From Alphaproteobacteria bacterium (GTDB lineage: Bacteria; Pseudomonadota; Alphaproteobacteria; MPNO01; UBA830): 64,000 nucleotides of DNA. A program made the translations under genes and the position numbers. Positions 9,949 to 22,861 of the stretch are shown here, piece by piece. The notes beneath the pieces were generated by a model. That model was not told the origin of the DNA. It worked only from the letters and a program-made list of their open reading frames with translations, and searched no databases. The stretch lies in contig OZ219791.1 in NCBI GenBank assembly GCA_964291215.2, forward strand, positions 992,001 through 1,056,000. The letters run 5' to 3'. The number at the start of each line of letters is the position of its first letter. Position 1 is the stretch's first letter.

Positions 9949-12546
9949 TCACGCTGCCTCCAGGCTCGTCTCTTCCTTCCCTGCAATCACGAGGCCGGTT
10001 GCGTCGGCGCCGACCGTAACGGTTTCGCCGTCGCAGATGCTGCCGTCGAGAATCCTGGCTGCAAGCGCGTTCTGCAGGCTGGTCTGGATGACCCGCTTCA
10101 GCGGTCGCGCGCCGTAGGCGGGGTCGAATCCCTTTTTGGCCAGCCAGGCCAACGCCGCGTCGTCGACCTCGAGCGTGATCTTGCGGTCGGCCAGCATCTC
10201 CCTGAGGCGGTCGATCTGGATGGCGACGATATCGGCCATCTGCTCGCGGCCGAGACGACTGAACAGCAGCAGTTCGTCGAGTCGGTTGAGAAACTCCGGC
10301 CGGAAGGCAGCGCGTACGATATCCATGACCCGGTCGCGAACGGCGTCGACCTCCTCTCCCTCTTCCTGGCCGGCGAGGATCTCGCTGCCGAGGTTCGAGG
10401 TCAGGATGATCAGCGTGTTGCGGAAGTCGACGGTCCGTCCCTGGCCGTCAGTCAGCCGTCCCTCGTCGAGAACCTGGAGCAGGATGTTGAAGATGTCGGG
10501 ATGGGCTTTCTCGATCTCGTCGAACAGGACCACCTGGTAGGGGCGTCTGCGCACGGCCTCGGTCAGCGCGCCTCCTTCCTCGTACCCGACATAGCCGGGC
10601 GGCGCCCCGATCAGCCGCGCCACGGCATGCTTTTCCATGTATTCCGACATGTCGAGGCGCTGCAGGGCGGTTTCGTCGTCGAACAGGAAGGCGGCGAGCG
10701 CCTTGGTCATTTCGGTCTTGCCGACGCCGGTCGGACCGAGAAACAGGAACGAGCCAAGAGGACGATGGGGGTCCTGCAGCCCGGCGCGCGCGCGGCGCAC
10801 GGCGTTGCTGACGGCAGCTAGGGCGGTCTCCTGGCCGACCACCCGCTGCCCGAGGACCTCCTCCATCCGCAGGAGCTTCTCGCGTTCGCCTTCCAGCATC
10901 CGGTCCACCGGAATACCGGTCCAGCGCGAGACGACTGAGGCGATGTGGCTGTCTGCCACTTCCTCGTCCAGCATCCGCTGTCCGTTGCCGGATTCGACAT
11001 TCAGATTCCGTTCCAGTTCCGGGATGATGCCGTAGGCGAGTTCGCCGGCCCGCGTCAGATCGCCGTCGCGCTGCGCCCGTTCCAGGTCGCTGCGCGCGGT
11101 GTCCAGCTCCTCCTTGACCCTCTGCGACGCCGCCAGCAGGCTTTTCTCCGACTGCCAGACATCGGTCAGTTCCCTCGACTTCTCTTCCAGCTCGTCGAGG
11201 TCCTCCTCAAGCTTCTCAAGGCGCTCTCTTGACGCCCTGTCCGGTTCCTTCCTCAGCGCCTCGCGTTCGATCTTGAGCTGAATGATGCGCCTGTCGAGCT
11301 CGTCGATCTCCTCGGGTTTGGAGTCGACCTCCATGCGCAGCCGCGACGCCGCCTCGTCCATCAGGTCGATCGCCTTGTCCGGCAGAAACCGGTCAGTGAT
11401 GTAGCGGTCGGACAGGGTTGCGGCGGCGACCAGCGCTCCGTCGGTGATCCGCACGCCGTGGAAGACCTCGTATTTTTCCTTCAGTCCGCGCAGGATGGAA
11501 ATCGTGTCCTCGACCGACGGCTCGGCAACGAAGACGGTCTGGAAGCGCCGCGCAAGGGCCGCATCCTTCTCGATATGCCGTCGGTGTTCGTCGAGCGTGG
11601 TGGCGCCAATGCAGTGGAGTTCGCCGCGTGCGAGCATCGGCTTTAGCATGTTCGAGGCGTCCATCGAGCCCTCGGCGGCGCCGGCGCCGACAAGCGTGTG
11701 CAGTTCGTCGATGAACAGGACGATGTTGCCGTCGTCGGCCTGAATCTCCTGGAGCACGGCCTTCAGCCGTTCCTCGAATTCGCCACGGAACTTGGCGCCG
11801 GCGACGAGCGCGCCGAGGTCGAGTGACATCAGGCGCTTGCTGCGCAGGCTCTCGGGAACGTCGCCGTTGACGATGCGTTGTGCGAGGCCCTCGACAATCG
11901 CGGTCTTGCCGACGCCGGGTTCTCCGATCAGCACAGGGTTGTTCTTGGTCCGGCGCGACAGGACCTGCATGGTCCGGCGGATCTCGTCATCCCGCCCCGT
12001 GACCGGGTCGACATCGCCCTTTCGCGCGCGCTCGGTCAGGTCGACCGCGTACTTCTTCAGCGCATCGTAGCTGTCTTCGGCCGTGGCGTTGTCCGCCTTG
12101 CGCCCCTTGCGCAACTCCTCGACGACCCGGTTGAGCGATTGCGGGGTGACCCCGGCACCCGTCAGGGAGTCGGCCGCCGGCGTGCCGGTGGCCAGCGCCA
12201 GCGCGATCAGGAGACGCTCGACGGTGACGAAACGGTCTTCGGCCTTGTCTGCGAGCTGGCGCACGCTCTCGAAAAGCCGCGCCATCTCGGGTGCGAGATA
12301 GAGCTGTGTCGCGCCCGTGCCCTCCACCTTCGGCAGCCGGTCGAGGGCCTCCTGCACGAGTTGTCGGGCCTTCTCCGGGCTGCCGCCGGCGGCGGCGATG
12401 AGGTTCGAAGAAAGGCCCTCGCTGTCGTCGAGAAGGACCTTGAGCAGATGTTCGGGCTTGAAGTGCTGGTGTCCGGCGGTCTGTGCTGCCATCTGGGCAG
12501 CCTGCACGAAACCGCGCGCTTTCTCCGTATAGGAATCGAAATCCAT
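9949..12546 (-). CDS. clpB: ATP-dependent chaperone ClpB
   Basis: Two AAA+ modules ([16 protein letters not shown]), [11 protein letters not shown] and a coiled-coil middle domain. Confidence 0.97.
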   Translation of the reverse strand: MDFDSYTEKARGFVQAAQMAAQTAGHQHFKPEHLLKVLLDDSEGLSSNLIAAAGGSPEKARQLVQEALDRLPKVEGTGATQLYLAPEMARLFESVRQLADKAEDRFVTVERLLIALALATGTPAADSLTGAGVTPQSLNRVVEELRKGRKADNATAEDSYDALKKYAVDLTERARKGDVDPVTGRDDEIRRTMQVLSRRTKNNPVLIGEPGVGKTAIVEGLAQRIVNGDVPESLRSKRLMSLDLGALVAGAKFRGEFEERLKAVLQEIQADDGNIVLFIDELHTLVGAGAAEGSMDASNMLKPMLARGELHCIGATTLDEHRRHIEKDAALARRFQTVFVAEPSVEDTISILRGLKEKYEVFHGVRITDGALVAAATLSDRYITDRFLPDKAIDLMDEAASRLRMEVDSKPEEIDELDRRIIQLKIEREALRKEPDRASRERLEKLEEDLDELEEKSRELTDVWQSEKSLLAASQRVKEELDTARSDLERAQRDGDLTRAGELAYGIIPELERNLNVESGNGQRMLDEEVADSHIASVVSRWTGIPVDRMLEGEREKLLRMEEVLGQRVVGQETALAAVSNAVRRARAGLQDPHRPLGSFLFLGPTGVGKTEMTKALAAFLFDDETALQRLDMSEYMEKHAVARLIGAPPGYVGYEEGGALTEAVRRRPYQVVLFDEIEKAHPDIFNILLQVLDEGRLTDGQGRTVDFRNTLIILTSNLGSEILAGQEEGEEVDAVRDRVMDIVRAAFRPEFLNRLDELLLFSRLGREQMADIVAIQIDRLREMLADRKITLEVDDAALAWLAKKGFDPAYGARPLKRVIQTSLQNALAARILDGSICDGETVTVGADATGLVIAGKEETSLEAA

Positions 12547-12724
12547 GGTTGGCAACTCCGCTGTCAGACGTTGCGATACTGCCCCCGCAGAGCGGCAGGC
12601 AAAGGTGACGGACCCGCCAAGCGGCGTCCGTTACTTGATATGGGAGAGTGCGCCCGAATTGCAAGGGCGACATCGGCACCGGCTGTCGCGCACGGCCGGT
12701 TCCGGTGGCGGAGGAAGGGCCGGG

Positions 12725-13234
12725 TCAGGCGCCGGCGGTCTTATCCGCCTCGTCGTTCTTGGCCTCGGCAGCGTCGCCCTTGTCCTCGGCGACGGAGACC
12801 CGCGGTTGGGGTTCGTTTGCAGGATCCCGGGCGGGCTTGGGCGGAGCCGGATTGCGATGGCCGCCACCACCCTTTGCCATGGCCTCGGGCTGTCCGCCGT
12901 TGAGGTCGGCGGGCGCCGGGGATGGAACTGGAGCGTTCTGTGCCTGTCCGGATTCGCTTGCACCGCCATAGCGCCGGTTGTTCGGCACGTTGGCGGAATT
13001 GAGTATGCGAAAATAGTGTTCGGCGTGTTGGTAATAGCTCTCTGCGGCGATACGGTCGCCGGACGACGAGGCATCGCGGGCCAGCGCGAGATACTTGTCA
13101 ACGACCTGCTGTGCGTTGCCGCGAACCTTCACGTCGGGACCGTTGCTGTCAAAGGATTGGTTGCGCGGATTGGGCAGTCTCCTGCCATTGCCCCGCCCCC
13201 TCATGCGCTTGTTATTGTGCGGACCCTGTTTCAT
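12725..13234 (-). CDS. DUF4167 domain protein
   Basis: FDSNGPDVKVRGNAQQVVDKYLALARDA...YYQHAEHYFR; usual position upstream of clpB in Alphaproteobacteria. Confidence 0.9.
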   Translation of the reverse strand: MKQGPHNNKRMRGRGNGRRLPNPRNQSFDSNGPDVKVRGNAQQVVDKYLALARDASSSGDRIAAESYYQHAEHYFRILNSANVPNNRRYGGASESGQAQNAPVPSPAPADLNGGQPEAMAKGGGGHRNPAPPKPARDPANEPQPRVSVAEDKGDAAEAKNDEADKTAGA

Positions 13235-14022
13235 CGTGTCTTCCGTATGGTTATTGGTCTGGTCAGTGTTTGTGCGTTGCCATCGGCCGCCGCCGTCCTG
13301 TTCCGAGTGGGCGGCATCGCCACCCCGTTATCTGGCGCAGCGCCGGAACTGAAATTGGCACCGCGACCACGAGCCTGCCGTCGGGTTGCGCGCGGTCCGG
13401 CCGATGGCCTGCCCATCCCGGAGATCCGGATCGGCGTGGTCGCGCGCGGTTTTCGAGCCCTTTTCCTCACCCCGGTTGTCAACTGGCGTTTGCTTTCCGA
13501 ACAGGTCTTCGAGCGGCTCGTCCCGGCGGTTCTATGCCCTTTCAGCCCGCCGCTAACCCGTCCTGTCCGTCTGCCAACGCCACGCATGGCTACCCGTTCC
13601 TTCGATTTCAGCAGCAATGCCGAACCGGTTCGTCCGCGGCCGGTCGTCTCTTCCGGTTTCGGCAGTTCTTCTTCGCGGCCTGCTTCCGTCGCGCCATCCC
13701 CGCTGGCGGATCACTAGCCGGCACCGGGGCGTCTTGCCAGCCGATCATGATTTGAACACGGCAGCGAGGGCCTTTCGGCGACGCGAGGCAAAAGCGCATG
13801 GACCGGGTGTCCGGATCACCGGAACCGTTCACATGCCTGTCCGGGAACCGGTCCATCGTACCGGCACCATAGCCCGAGCAGGTGCGGTCCATTCCGTTGC
13901 CGCAATCCTAGAAGGAATCCCGCGCCGAGGCAACCATCCGCAGCGGGAAATTCTCAAGGCGGCGGAATCCTAGCATCCTGCGGCGGCATGTCAAAGGCCG
14001 GTGAAAGGGCGCGGACCGGAGT

Positions 14023-15807
14023 TCAGCGCGGCAGGTCGATACGGACCGACAGCTCCTTCAGGCGGTCCTCCGGAACCGGCGCCGGCGCGTTCATCATCAG
14101 GTCCTGGGCCTGCTGGTTCATCGGAAACAGCGTTACTTCCCGGATGTTGGGTTCGTCGGCAAGGAGCATGACGATGCGATCGACGCCGGGTGCCGATCCG
14201 CCGTGCGGCGGGGCTCCGAACCTGAAGGCGTTGAGCATCCCGCCGAACTGCTCCTCGACCTCGTCTTTCGCATAACCGGCTATCTCGAACGCCTTGTACA
14301 TTATCTCGGGCCGGTGATTCCGTATCGCGCCGCTCGACAGCTCGACCCCGTTGCACACGATGTCGTACTGATAGGCGAGAATGTCGAGGGGATCCCGGGT
14401 CTCGAGCGCTTCCAGCCCGCCCTGGGGCATGGAGAAGGGGTTGTGGCTGAATTCGATGCGACCGGTGCTCTCGTCGCGCTCGTACATCGGGTAGTCCACC
14501 ACCCAGCAGAACCGGAAACTGTCGCTCTCGATCAGTTCGAGACGCTCTCCGATCTCGCTTCGCGCGCGCGCCGCAAAGGCGGCGAACTCCGCCGGCTTGC
14601 CGCACACGAAGAACACCGCGTCGCCGTGCTCCGGTATGTGGTCGGGCGGAAAGGCCTTGCGCAGCAGCCGGAGTCTGTCTTTCCCGAGATTGCGCGCGAT
14701 CGGTCCCGCCGCCTCGTCGTCGCGATAGAAGATGTAGCCGAGCCCCGGTTGCCCCTCGCTCTGGGCCCAGCTGTTCATGCGGTCGCAGAAGGCCCGCGAT
14801 CCGCCGCCGGGCGCCGGAATCGCACATACCCGAACGTCGCCGTCACCGGCGACCATGTCGGCGAAGATGCGGAAATCGGAACCCCGAAAGACATCGGTAA
14901 CGTCGCGCATCTCGATCGGGTTGCGCAGGTCCGGCTTATCCGTGCCGTAGCGCGCCATCGCGTCCGTATAGCTGATCCTCGGAAACGGGCAGCCGGAGAC
15001 CGTGCGTCCCGCGGCGAACTCTCCGAAAAGGCCGTGAAGCAGCGTTTCGACGACATGGAGGACATCATCCTGGGTCGCAAACGACATCTCTATATCTAGC
15101 TGGTAGAACTCGCCCGGAGAACGGTCGGCTCGCGCGTCCTCGTCGCGAAAACAGGGCGCGATCTGGAAGTACCGGTCGAAGCCGGCGACCATGATCAGCT
15201 GCTTGAACTGCTGCGGTGCCTGCGGCAGGGCATAGAACCGTCCCGCGTGGAGCCTGCTCGGCACTAGGAAGTCCCGCGCGCCCTCGGGGGAGCTCGAGGT
15301 GAGGATCGGGGTCTGGAATTCGGTGAACCCGAGCCCGTTCATCCGCGTCCGGATGCTCGTGATCACCCGCGAGCGCAGCATGATGTGGTCATGGACCCGG
15401 GCGCGGCGGAGGTCGAGGAAACGGTAGCGCAGCCGCACCTCCTCGCCGTAGTCGCGGTCGCTGTTCACTTCCAGGGGAAGGAGGGCGCTCGGGCCCAGTA
15501 CTTCGCAGGCGTCGATGCGGAGCTCGACCTCGCCGGTCGGGAGGCTTTCGTTGCGCGTCTCCTCGGACCGCCTTTCGATCCGTCCGGTGACGCAGATCAC
15601 CGTCTCAAGGCGGAGCGCGGTGATTTCGTCGAAGCCCGGCTCGCTGGCTTCGATCACGCATTGGGTCAGGCCGTAATGGTCTCTCAGGTCCACGAACAGG
15701 AGATTGCCGTGGTCTCGCTTGCGATGGACCCAGCCCGACAGCCGTGCCTCGGTGCCGGCATCGGTGACGCGCAGTTCGCCACATGTATGGGTGCGATAGG
15801 GATGCAC
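14023..15807 (-). CDS. aspS: aspartate--tRNA ligase
   Basis: GTG start, [29 protein letters not shown] and GAPPHGG. Confidence 0.96.
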   Translation of the reverse strand: MHPYRTHTCGELRVTDAGTEARLSGWVHRKRDHGNLLFVDLRDHYGLTQCVIEASEPGFDEITALRLETVICVTGRIERRSEETRNESLPTGEVELRIDACEVLGPSALLPLEVNSDRDYGEEVRLRYRFLDLRRARVHDHIMLRSRVITSIRTRMNGLGFTEFQTPILTSSSPEGARDFLVPSRLHAGRFYALPQAPQQFKQLIMVAGFDRYFQIAPCFRDEDARADRSPGEFYQLDIEMSFATQDDVLHVVETLLHGLFGEFAAGRTVSGCPFPRISYTDAMARYGTDKPDLRNPIEMRDVTDVFRGSDFRIFADMVAGDGDVRVCAIPAPGGGSRAFCDRMNSWAQSEGQPGLGYIFYRDDEAAGPIARNLGKDRLRLLRKAFPPDHIPEHGDAVFFVCGKPAEFAAFAARARSEIGERLELIESDSFRFCWVVDYPMYERDESTGRIEFSHNPFSMPQGGLEALETRDPLDILAYQYDIVCNGVELSSGAIRNHRPEIMYKAFEIAGYAKDEVEEQFGGMLNAFRFGAPPHGGSAPGVDRIVMLLADEPNIREVTLFPMNQQAQDLMMNAPAPVPEDRLKELSVRIDLPR

Positions 15808-15946
15808 GATTTGGCCCTTTTTCCGGCAGGAGGCGCGGCCGGGCAGGTGATTGCGGGCACCCAGCCTGACCGTGCGGATTTGCAGCGGTTTGTATACCCG
15901 TATTTGTGGCGCTTCAAGTTGCCCTTTCCGGAGTGTATACAAGCGC

Positions 15947-17209
15947 ATGCCCCCAATCATCAGCAACACCCGGGAACTCGCCGCGTTCTGCGTGCGCGCC
16001 GAGGCCTTCCCGTCGGTCGCGGTCGACACGGAGTTCATGCGCGACCGCACGTTCTGGCCGGTGCTCTGCCTTGTCCAGGTCGCCACCCAGGACGAGGCGC
16101 TTGCCATCGACGCGCTTGCCGACGGCATCGACCTCTCGCCGCTTTTCGCGCTGCTATCGAACCGTCTCGTCCTCAAGGTCTTTCACTCCGCCCGCCAGGA
16201 CCTGGAGATCTTCCACATGCTGACGGGCCGCGTTCCGGAACCGGTCTTCGACACACAGCTTGCGGCCATGGTCTGCGGCTATGGCGACTCGATCGGCTAC
16301 GACAAACTCGTCCGCGACATCACCGGCCATTCGGTTGACAAGGCCCTCCAGTTCACCGACTGGGCGAAGCGACCGCTGAGCGGGAAGCAGGTCGCCTACG
16401 CGCTGAGCGACGTGACGCATCTGCGAGAGGTCCATGCCAGCCTTTCGAAACGGCTCGAATCGCGGAACCGTGGCTCATGGCTCGCCGAGGAGATGGCGAT
16501 GCTGGCTGATCCCGCCACCTACCGGAGTGATCCCGAAGACGCCTGGAAACGCCTGAAGGCCAGGATCCGGAAGCCGCTCAACTTGGCGATGCTGCGGGCG
16601 CTCGCCGCGTGGCGCGAACGCGAGGCCCAGGCGCGCGACGTGCCGCGCAACCGGGTTCTCGGCGATCGGATGATCACCGAGATTTCGGCGGCGGCGCCGC
16701 GCACCGTATCCGAGCTCCGGTCGCTGCGCGCCATCGACCGGGGGCGCCTCGGCAAGGATGCCGAGGAGCGGATCGTGGCCGTTCTCGATGAAGTCAGGAA
16801 CGCGGATCCGTCGTCTTGGCCACGGCCGCCCGCCGAGCCGCCGCAGCGGCAAGGCAACGGAGCGGTGGCGGGCCTTGTGAAGCTCCTGCTGCGGATCAGG
16901 TGCGAGGAGCACGGGGTCGCTCCGAAGCTTCTTGCCTCGTCCGCCGATCTTGCCGCGATCGTGCAGAGCGACACGGCCGATGTTCCGGCGCTTCAGGGCT
17001 GGCGTCGCGAGATCTTCGGCGCCGATGCGCTGAGGCTCAAGCACGGCGAGATCGCGATTGTCATACGGAATTCGCGGCCCGCCCTGCTCGAGGTCGGTTC
17101 CGGAGCACCGGGAGGAACGGTCATTCCGGCTCAGGCGGGTGACGCTCCAGAGCTTCCCGCACCACGGACAGGGTCACGCCGCGGCGCGCGGCGAGCGCGG
17201 CGCGGTTGA
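15947..17209 (+). CDS. rnd: ribonuclease D
   Basis: [41 protein letters not shown] and an HRDC region. Confidence 0.93.
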   Translation: MPPIISNTRELAAFCVRAEAFPSVAVDTEFMRDRTFWPVLCLVQVATQDEALAIDALADGIDLSPLFALLSNRLVLKVFHSARQDLEIFHMLTGRVPEPVFDTQLAAMVCGYGDSIGYDKLVRDITGHSVDKALQFTDWAKRPLSGKQVAYALSDVTHLREVHASLSKRLESRNRGSWLAEEMAMLADPATYRSDPEDAWKRLKARIRKPLNLAMLRALAAWREREAQARDVPRNRVLGDRMITEISAAAPRTVSELRSLRAIDRGRLGKDAEERIVAVLDEVRNADPSSWPRPPAEPPQRQGNGAVAGLVKLLLRIRCEEHGVAPKLLASSADLAAIVQSDTADVPALQGWRREIFGADALRLKHGEIAIVIRNSRPALLEVGSGAPGGTVIPAQAGDAPELPAPRTGSRRGARRARRG

Positions 17210-17795
17210 TCTCGGCGACCAGCCGTTCCGCTGCCGCAAAGGACAGTTCCATGCGGGTCACGAGATAGGTCAGCACGTTGTCCGCGATGTCGAGATGCAG
17301 GTCGGCAAGCATCTTGACGACGATCGCCGAGATCAGCGCCTCGTCGGGTGAACCGATGCTGGCTGTCGGCGCCGCGGCGAGCCGCGACACCAGATCGGGC
17401 AGGCGCCCCGCCCAGCGCGCCGGCGGCTGCCTTGCCGTGATCAGGACATGGCCGCCGTTCTCGACAACCGCGTTGTAGAGGTGCAGCACCGCGGTGTCGC
17501 TTGCCTGCCTGTCGGCGTCTTCAATGATGACGCTGCTGCTGCCGGTCTCCCCGAGCCCGGGGACCGCTTCCGCCTTGAAGACCTGCGCCTGCGACCTTGT
17601 CCGCCACACCTGTCCGAGATGGGTCTTGCCGCTGCCCGGCGGGCCAACGAGCACCAGGGCGGGGCTGGGCCAGTCGGGCCAGCGGTCGATCCATGCCGCG
17701 GCTTCGGCATTGGATGACGATACCAGGAAGTCTTCGCGCCCCATCGCCGGATGATGGCGCAGGTCGAGTGCGAGTTGCCGTGTCCCGTGGGTCAT
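17121..17795 (-). CDS. hdaA: DnaA regulatory inactivator HdaA
   Basis: QLALDL clamp-binding motif, GPPGSGKTHL and LPDLVSRL; located next to purM. Confidence 0.88.
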   Translation of the reverse strand: MTHGTRQLALDLRHHPAMGREDFLVSSSNAEAAAWIDRWPDWPSPALVLVGPPGSGKTHLGQVWRTRSQAQVFKAEAVPGLGETGSSSVIIEDADRQASDTAVLHLYNAVVENGGHVLITARQPPARWAGRLPDLVSRLAAAPTASIGSPDEALISAIVVKMLADLHLDIADNVLTYLVTRMELSFAAAERLVAEINRAALAARRGVTLSVVREALERHPPEPE

Positions 17796-18352
17796 GGTGC
17801 GGCCGGCGGTCTGTTCTTCCCGTTGCCGGCTGTCTGGCGGGCCCAGTAGACCAGGTAGCTGGCGCCGGAAGCCGCGGTCGTCGCCGCGACGAGATAGATC
17901 ATTGCGCTTTCCAGCAGGCCGACGCGGATGTCCAGGGCCAGTTGTCCGAGAACGAAGGCGGCAAGGCCGATCTGGACGGCCGTGTTCAGCTTGCTGATGG
18001 CCAGCGGTCGGATCCTGACCTCGACCAGGACCAGCGGTGCCAGCACCGCACCGCCAATAATGAGGAGGTCGCGGAAGACCACGAGAACGACAAGCCAGTT
18101 GGGGAGGTCTCCCTGCAGACCGAGCGTCACATAAATGCTGACCAGCAGCGCCTTGTCGGCAAGCGGATCCAGGAGCGCACCGATCCGTGTTGTCTGATTG
18201 TAGCGCTTGGCCAGGTAGCCGTCGAGGGCGTCCGATATCCCGGCCGCGACGAACAGCAGGAACGCGGCCATGTACGCGGTTTGCATCAGCAGGTAGACGG
18301 CGACCGGCACGCTCAGAAGCCGGCCAAGCGTGATGAGATTGGGAAGGTTCAC
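17792..18352 (-). CDS. CDP-alcohol phosphatidyltransferase family protein
   Basis: [10 protein letters not shown] and SDALDGYLAKR...GALLDPLADK; GTG start overlaps the upstream stop. Confidence 0.9.
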   Translation of the reverse strand: MNLPNLITLGRLLSVPVAVYLLMQTAYMAAFLLFVAAGISDALDGYLAKRYNQTTRIGALLDPLADKALLVSIYVTLGLQGDLPNWLVVLVVFRDLLIIGGAVLAPLVLVEVRIRPLAISKLNTAVQIGLAAFVLGQLALDIRVGLLESAMIYLVAATTAASGASYLVYWARQTAGNGKNRPPAAP

Positions 18353-19551
18353 TGCTGGCGTCCGCCGCCGGAGAACCGGGAAGAGGCGGTGGTGAGTGTC
18401 CACGACCCGGCCTTGCCGGCGAGAATTATCCCGTGCTGGGCAAGGGCCAGGCGGAACTGCTCGACGGTGCCATAGAATCCGAGCCGCACCGCCGCGGCGC
18501 GGCGTGAGATAGCGACCAGCTGCATGTCTCGCAGCATGGCGACGGAGCCCAGGGTCCGGCGGACCGTGATCCAGTCTGCAAGGCGGGCAAGTGGCATGCG
18601 GGCAATGATCTCGTCGCGGCGCGCGAAACGGAGCAGCGTCCGGCGTTTCCAGTCCTCTTCGAGCCGCTCCGCCACCTCCTGTGCGGCGCGGGCTATGACG
18701 GTGTCACTGCCCTCGTCCTGCCCGCGAGTCAGACTCACGATCCGCGGTTGTTCCGTCTCGCCGCCGCCGAACCGGCGCAGCGTGACCTCAAGCCCGCGCC
18801 GGCCGGAGCGGAGATCGGCGCGGAAGCGTGCGACCGCGGCGAGCACCGACACGGCGCGATAGCGCGCCGCGAGCGCGGCCATCGGCTGGCGGTCGCCGGC
18901 GACGACTTGCCCGGCGCCGAGATCGCGGATGTCTGCAAGGCTGCCATCGGGCAGGAGTATCGGGAACAGCCCGTCGGACGGCGGCAGCGCCTTCCACGCA
19001 TCGAACCACGGGTTGGGCCGTTCCCAGAGCGTCAGGGCGCCGGCATTGTCGAGGATCGGAAGAACGAGCACCGGCCGCGCTGCGGTCTCGGCGAACTCGA
19101 TGCCGCGCGACCGCAGCAGCCGGCGGACTTCCTGGCGCCGGAAGCGAAAGGTCATGGCGGCCAGATAGCGGATGTCGGAGGTCTTCTCTGAATCAATCGT
19201 GAAGCTCTCGACCAGCGGGGCGATCCGCGCCGCGTCCGGACTCGGCAGCCGCGGCCACTGCGTGCGCAGCACCAGCCGGCGGACCAGCCGGCCGAAGGCG
19301 ATGCGGTGCGCCGTGGAAATGGCCGTCTCGCGGGCGGCAGCGGCGGTCTCGGCTTCCTCGTCGACCCGCACGTCGCTGACCGCGAACACGTCCCCGCTAT
19401 GGGTGTGGGGAGAGGCGCTGGCGGCGCCCGGGGCAAGGACGCAGCCGGCCGCCAGCAGCACCAACAGGCGCGCCGCAGCGGCGGCCGGCCCGTTCCGGAG
19501 GGCAAGGGTTTCGACTATGCTGCGGAGGCGTGATGTCCGGTTCGGCTTCAT
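18349..19551 (-). CDS. DUF2066-family exported protein
   Basis: Signal-like segment, [17 protein letters not shown] and VLVLPIL; conserved position divergent from purM. Confidence 0.75.
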   Translation of the reverse strand: MKPNRTSRLRSIVETLALRNGPAAAAARLLVLLAAGCVLAPGAASASPHTHSGDVFAVSDVRVDEEAETAAAARETAISTAHRIAFGRLVRRLVLRTQWPRLPSPDAARIAPLVESFTIDSEKTSDIRYLAAMTFRFRRQEVRRLLRSRGIEFAETAARPVLVLPILDNAGALTLWERPNPWFDAWKALPPSDGLFPILLPDGSLADIRDLGAGQVVAGDRQPMAALAARYRAVSVLAAVARFRADLRSGRRGLEVTLRRFGGGETEQPRIVSLTRGQDEGSDTVIARAAQEVAERLEEDWKRRTLLRFARRDEIIARMPLARLADWITVRRTLGSVAMLRDMQLVAISRRAAAVRLGFYGTVEQFRLALAQHGIILAGKAGSWTLTTASSRFSGGGRQQ

Positions 19552-20657
19552 GCGTCCATTCTACAATCTTCATTCGGGGCTTGGCAGCCATCAGCGAATC
19601 CGTACCCAGTTACCGGGCCTCCGGAGTGGATATCGACGCCGGGGCGGAACTTGTCGAGCGTATCCGGCCGCTCGCGGACTCGACCGCCCGTCCGGGCGCG
19701 ATGGGCGGGCTCGGGGGGTTCGGCGGCCTGTTCGATCTCCAAGCGGCAAGGTTCTCCGAGCCCGTCCTGGTCGCGGCGACCGACGGCGTCGGTACCAAGC
19801 TCAAGGTTGCGATCGACGCCGGCATGCATGCGTCGGTGGGGGTCGACCTGGTCGCGATGTGCGTCAACGACCTCGTGGTCCAGGGGGCCGAACCCCTGTT
19901 CTTCCTCGACTACCTTGCCGTCGGCAGGCTCGATCTCGGAACGGCGGAAACGATCATTGCCGGGATCGCCGCCGGATGCCGCGAGGCTGGCTGCGCGCTG
20001 ATTGGTGGCGAGACCGCGGAGATGCCCGGCATGTATGGCGGCGCTGACTACGACCTTGCCGGCTTCGCGGTTGGCGCGGCGGAACGGGGCGCACTGTTGC
20101 CGCGCGGCGACATCGGTCCGGGTGACGTCCTGCTCGGACTGCCGTCCAGCGGCCTGCATGCCAACGGATTCTCGCTGGTCCGCCAACTACTTGTCCGCGA
20201 GGGGATCGATTACGGTGCGCCGGCGCCCTTTGCGCCCGCGAGGACATGGGCGGACGAGTTGCTGGTGCCCACCCGCATCTATGTCGGGCCGTGCCTGAAA
20301 CTCCATGCGGCCGGGCTCGTGAAGGGGTTCGCGCACGTCACTGGCGGAGGTCTCGTCGAGAACATCCCTCGCGTGCTGCCCGGGGGGCTTTCGGCTGCGC
20401 TCGATCCGTCGGCGTGGCCGCTGCCCCCGGTCTTGGGCTGGATGGCGGGGCATGCCCGGGTCCCAGACGACGAGATGGCGCGCGTCTTCAATTGCGGGCT
20501 CGGGATGGTTGCCGTCGCCGGCACCGACCATGCCGATCACGTCGTCGCCATGCTGTGCGGAGACGGCGAGGAGGTGTACCGGATTGGTGAAATCCGCGAA
20601 CGGGAAGACGGCCGGCGGGTCGTTCTCGCCGATCCGGAGGCGGCATGGCGCGGCTGA
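19530..20657 (+). CDS. purM: phosphoribosylformylglycinamidine cyclo-ligase
   Basis: [28 protein letters not shown] and AHVTGGG; true start probably slightly downstream. Confidence 0.95.
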   Translation: MMSGSASCVHSTIFIRGLAAISESVPSYRASGVDIDAGAELVERIRPLADSTARPGAMGGLGGFGGLFDLQAARFSEPVLVAATDGVGTKLKVAIDAGMHASVGVDLVAMCVNDLVVQGAEPLFFLDYLAVGRLDLGTAETIIAGIAAGCREAGCALIGGETAEMPGMYGGADYDLAGFAVGAAERGALLPRGDIGPGDVLLGLPSSGLHANGFSLVRQLLVREGIDYGAPAPFAPARTWADELLVPTRIYVGPCLKLHAAGLVKGFAHVTGGGLVENIPRVLPGGLSAALDPSAWPLPPVLGWMAGHARVPDDEMARVFNCGLGMVAVAGTDHADHVVAMLCGDGEEVYRIGEIREREDGRRVVLADPEAAWRG

Positions 20658-21349
20658 AGGTTGCGGTGCTGATATCGGGCCGCGGTTCCAATCTCGCGGC
20701 GCTTGTCGATGCCGCGCGCGATCCGTCCTGGCCGGCGGAGATCGTGCTCGTCGTCTCGAATGTCCCGGAAGCTCCCGGACTCGCGCATGCCGTCGAGGCG
20801 GGGATCGCGGCGGTCACGGTTGACCATCGGCGCTACGCGGACCGGGAGCGGTTCGAGGACGCGATCCACGAGCGCCTGGTTGCGGCTGATGTCGGACTCG
20901 TCTGCCTTGCCGGCTTCATGCGGCTGCTGACGGTGGGTTTCGTCGGCCGTTGGACGGACCGGATGATTAACATTCATCCTTCGCTGCTGCCCGCCTACAA
21001 GGGCCTCCGCTGCCACGAGCGCGTGCTCGCGGACGCCGCGCGCATCACCGGGTGCACGGTCCATTTCGTGAGCCCGGGAATGGATGAGGGGCCGATCATC
21101 GTGCAGGCCGCCGTGCCGGTGCTCGACGGCGACGACGCGGCCGGCCTCGCCCGACGCGTGCTGGTGGCCGAACACCGCTGCTATCCCCTTGCTGTCAGGC
21201 TGATTGCCGAGAACCGGGTGCGCGTCGAGAATGGCCGGGTCCGGATCGATTGCGGCGTCGAGGAGGACGCGGTGCTGTTCTCGTCGATGCCGGGACGCCG
21301 CCCTGCCGCGGGGCGCGCTGCTCCCGGGACTTTCCCACGCTGTGGTTGA
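20645..21349 (+). CDS. purN: phosphoribosylglycinamide formyltransferase
   Basis: [25 protein letters not shown] and MDEGPII. Confidence 0.95.
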   Translation: MARLKVAVLISGRGSNLAALVDAARDPSWPAEIVLVVSNVPEAPGLAHAVEAGIAAVTVDHRRYADRERFEDAIHERLVAADVGLVCLAGFMRLLTVGFVGRWTDRMINIHPSLLPAYKGLRCHERVLADAARITGCTVHFVSPGMDEGPIIVQAAVPVLDGDDAAGLARRVLVAEHRCYPLAVRLIAENRVRVENGRVRIDCGVEEDAVLFSSMPGRRPAAGRAAPGTFPRCG

Positions 21350-21608
21350 TATTTTCAATAACCGCTGAATGGGGCACAAATTTCTGCATTCTTGTCAGGT
21401 TTTCCGGCTGTGGCGACCCGTGGACGGCCCCGCGGCCAGAAAACCCGGCAGGGTCGGGCCTTTGCAACCTCTCTCCATCAGCAGTCGGCAAGATCGAATG
21501 CAGCGTGGGAAAGTCCTGCACTGCTCCATCCCGTTGTTGAACGGGCCGGATGCGTGCTGTATTTTCGCGCCGTCGAAACCGGCTCGAATGGATCTGGAGA
21601 GTTTGCAG

Positions 21609-21737
21609 ATGGCCTTGGACATGGAGAAGGAGATCGCCCGCCACACCAAGGGGTGGGCAGGTTTTGCGAAGTTCCTGTTCATCTCGACGGCGGCTGTGAT
21701 AGCCGTTCTCGGGCTGATGGCGCTCACGCTTCTCTGA
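21609..21737 (+). CDS. aa3-type cytochrome c oxidase subunit IV
   Basis: 42-aa ORF after a GGAGA RBS; HTKGWAGFAKF plus one transmembrane helix. Confidence 0.7.
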   Translation: MALDMEKEIARHTKGWAGFAKFLFISTAAVIAVLGLMALTLL

Positions 21738-21831
21738 CGGGACGGCGCCCGCCCGACTGGCGTTCCGCAGGGCCTCCGAAGGCTGCCGGGACTGGCAGCC
21801 GGCAGATTTTCCCGTCCGGACCGCTTCCCCG

Positions 21832-22254
21832 TCAGCCGACGATATCGGTTCCGGAAAAGAAGAACGTGATTTCCGTCTCCGCGGTTTCTGGGGCGTCGGA
21901 TCCGTGGACCGAATTCGCCTCGACGGACTCGCCGAATTCCTTGCGGATCGTCCCCTCTTTTGCATTCGCGGGATTGGTGGCGCCCATCACGTCGCGATTC
22001 TTGGAGATCGCGTTGTCGCCCTCGAGGACTTGGACGACGATCGGCCCCGAGGTCATGAAGTCGCAGAGGTCGTCGAAGAACGCCCTGTCCCGGTGCACGG
22101 AATAGAACTGTTCGGCCTGGGCGCGGTCTATGCGCAGCCGCTTCTGCGCGACCACCCGCAGGCCTGCCTCCTCAAGCTGAGCGGTGATCGCTCCGGTGAG
22201 GTTGCGGCGGGTGGCGTCCGGCTTGATGATCGAAAGCGTGCGTTCGACGGCCAT
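21832..22254 (-). CDS. ndk: nucleoside diphosphate kinase
   Basis: [11 protein letters not shown] and NSVHGSD. Confidence 0.97.
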   Translation of the reverse strand: MAVERTLSIIKPDATRRNLTGAITAQLEEAGLRVVAQKRLRIDRAQAEQFYSVHRDRAFFDDLCDFMTSGPIVVQVLEGDNAISKNRDVMGATNPANAKEGTIRKEFGESVEANSVHGSDAPETAETEITFFFSGTDIVG

Positions 22255-22395
22255 GAATGTGCACTCCTGATGCAAAATCGGTGGCCTTATAGACCGTTCC
22301 ATGACACCGGGCAATAGCGGGAGACGGATCGCCCGACGCGTCCGCCCGGCTTGCGGAGGCGAAGATCGGGGGCCGAATTCCAGCGCGCGCCCGCG

Positions 22396-22848
22396 TCAGA
22401 CGGTCTTCTTTTTCCAGCCGCCCTGCGAGGTCTGCTGCCAGTAGGTCAGCGAATGTCCGGCGTCCCTGCACTGCGCCCAGCGTCGGCGCGCGGCCGACAG
22501 CGAGGCCGCGTTGCGGCCGTCGAAGAGGTCGAGACAGCGCTCGAAGCCCGCAAGGTCCGATGCCTCGGCGTCGTCGACCAGAACGAGGATTCCGGCGCCG
22601 TTCGGGTTCTCCTCGTCCGGAGTGATCCAGAGCGGCTGTTCTTCCGCATCGCCGTCGCGCGTCGTGCCGTGGGCCAGGAATGATCCGCCATCGGCGGTCC
22701 ACAGCAGGTTGCTGAGGAACTCCGCGCGCTCGCCCGATTCGGTGCGGATCACGGCGCGCGCGCCATTGTCGAGGACCTTCTGCATTAACTGCGGAAGCGC
22801 CCGTTCAAGCGGCGTGCGCGACAGGTGATAGAAGCCGATGTCGGTCAT
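22396..22848 (-). CDS. holC: DNA polymerase III subunit chi
   Basis: IGFYHL, LWT...SFLAHG, ARRRW and YWQQ...GGW; follows pepA. Confidence 0.92.
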   Translation of the reverse strand: MTDIGFYHLSRTPLERALPQLMQKVLDNGARAVIRTESGERAEFLSNLLWTADGGSFLAHGTTRDGDAEEQPLWITPDEENPNGAGILVLVDDAEASDLAGFERCLDLFDGRNAASLSAARRRWAQCRDAGHSLTYWQQTSQGGWKKKTV

Positions 22849-22861
22849 CGACCCGGGCCGC

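Noticed and set aside
17121-17209. 89-bp convergent overlap of rnd and hdaA
   Set aside because: The overlap is a low-complexity Arg/Ala-rich rnd tail, most likely a drifted stop codon.
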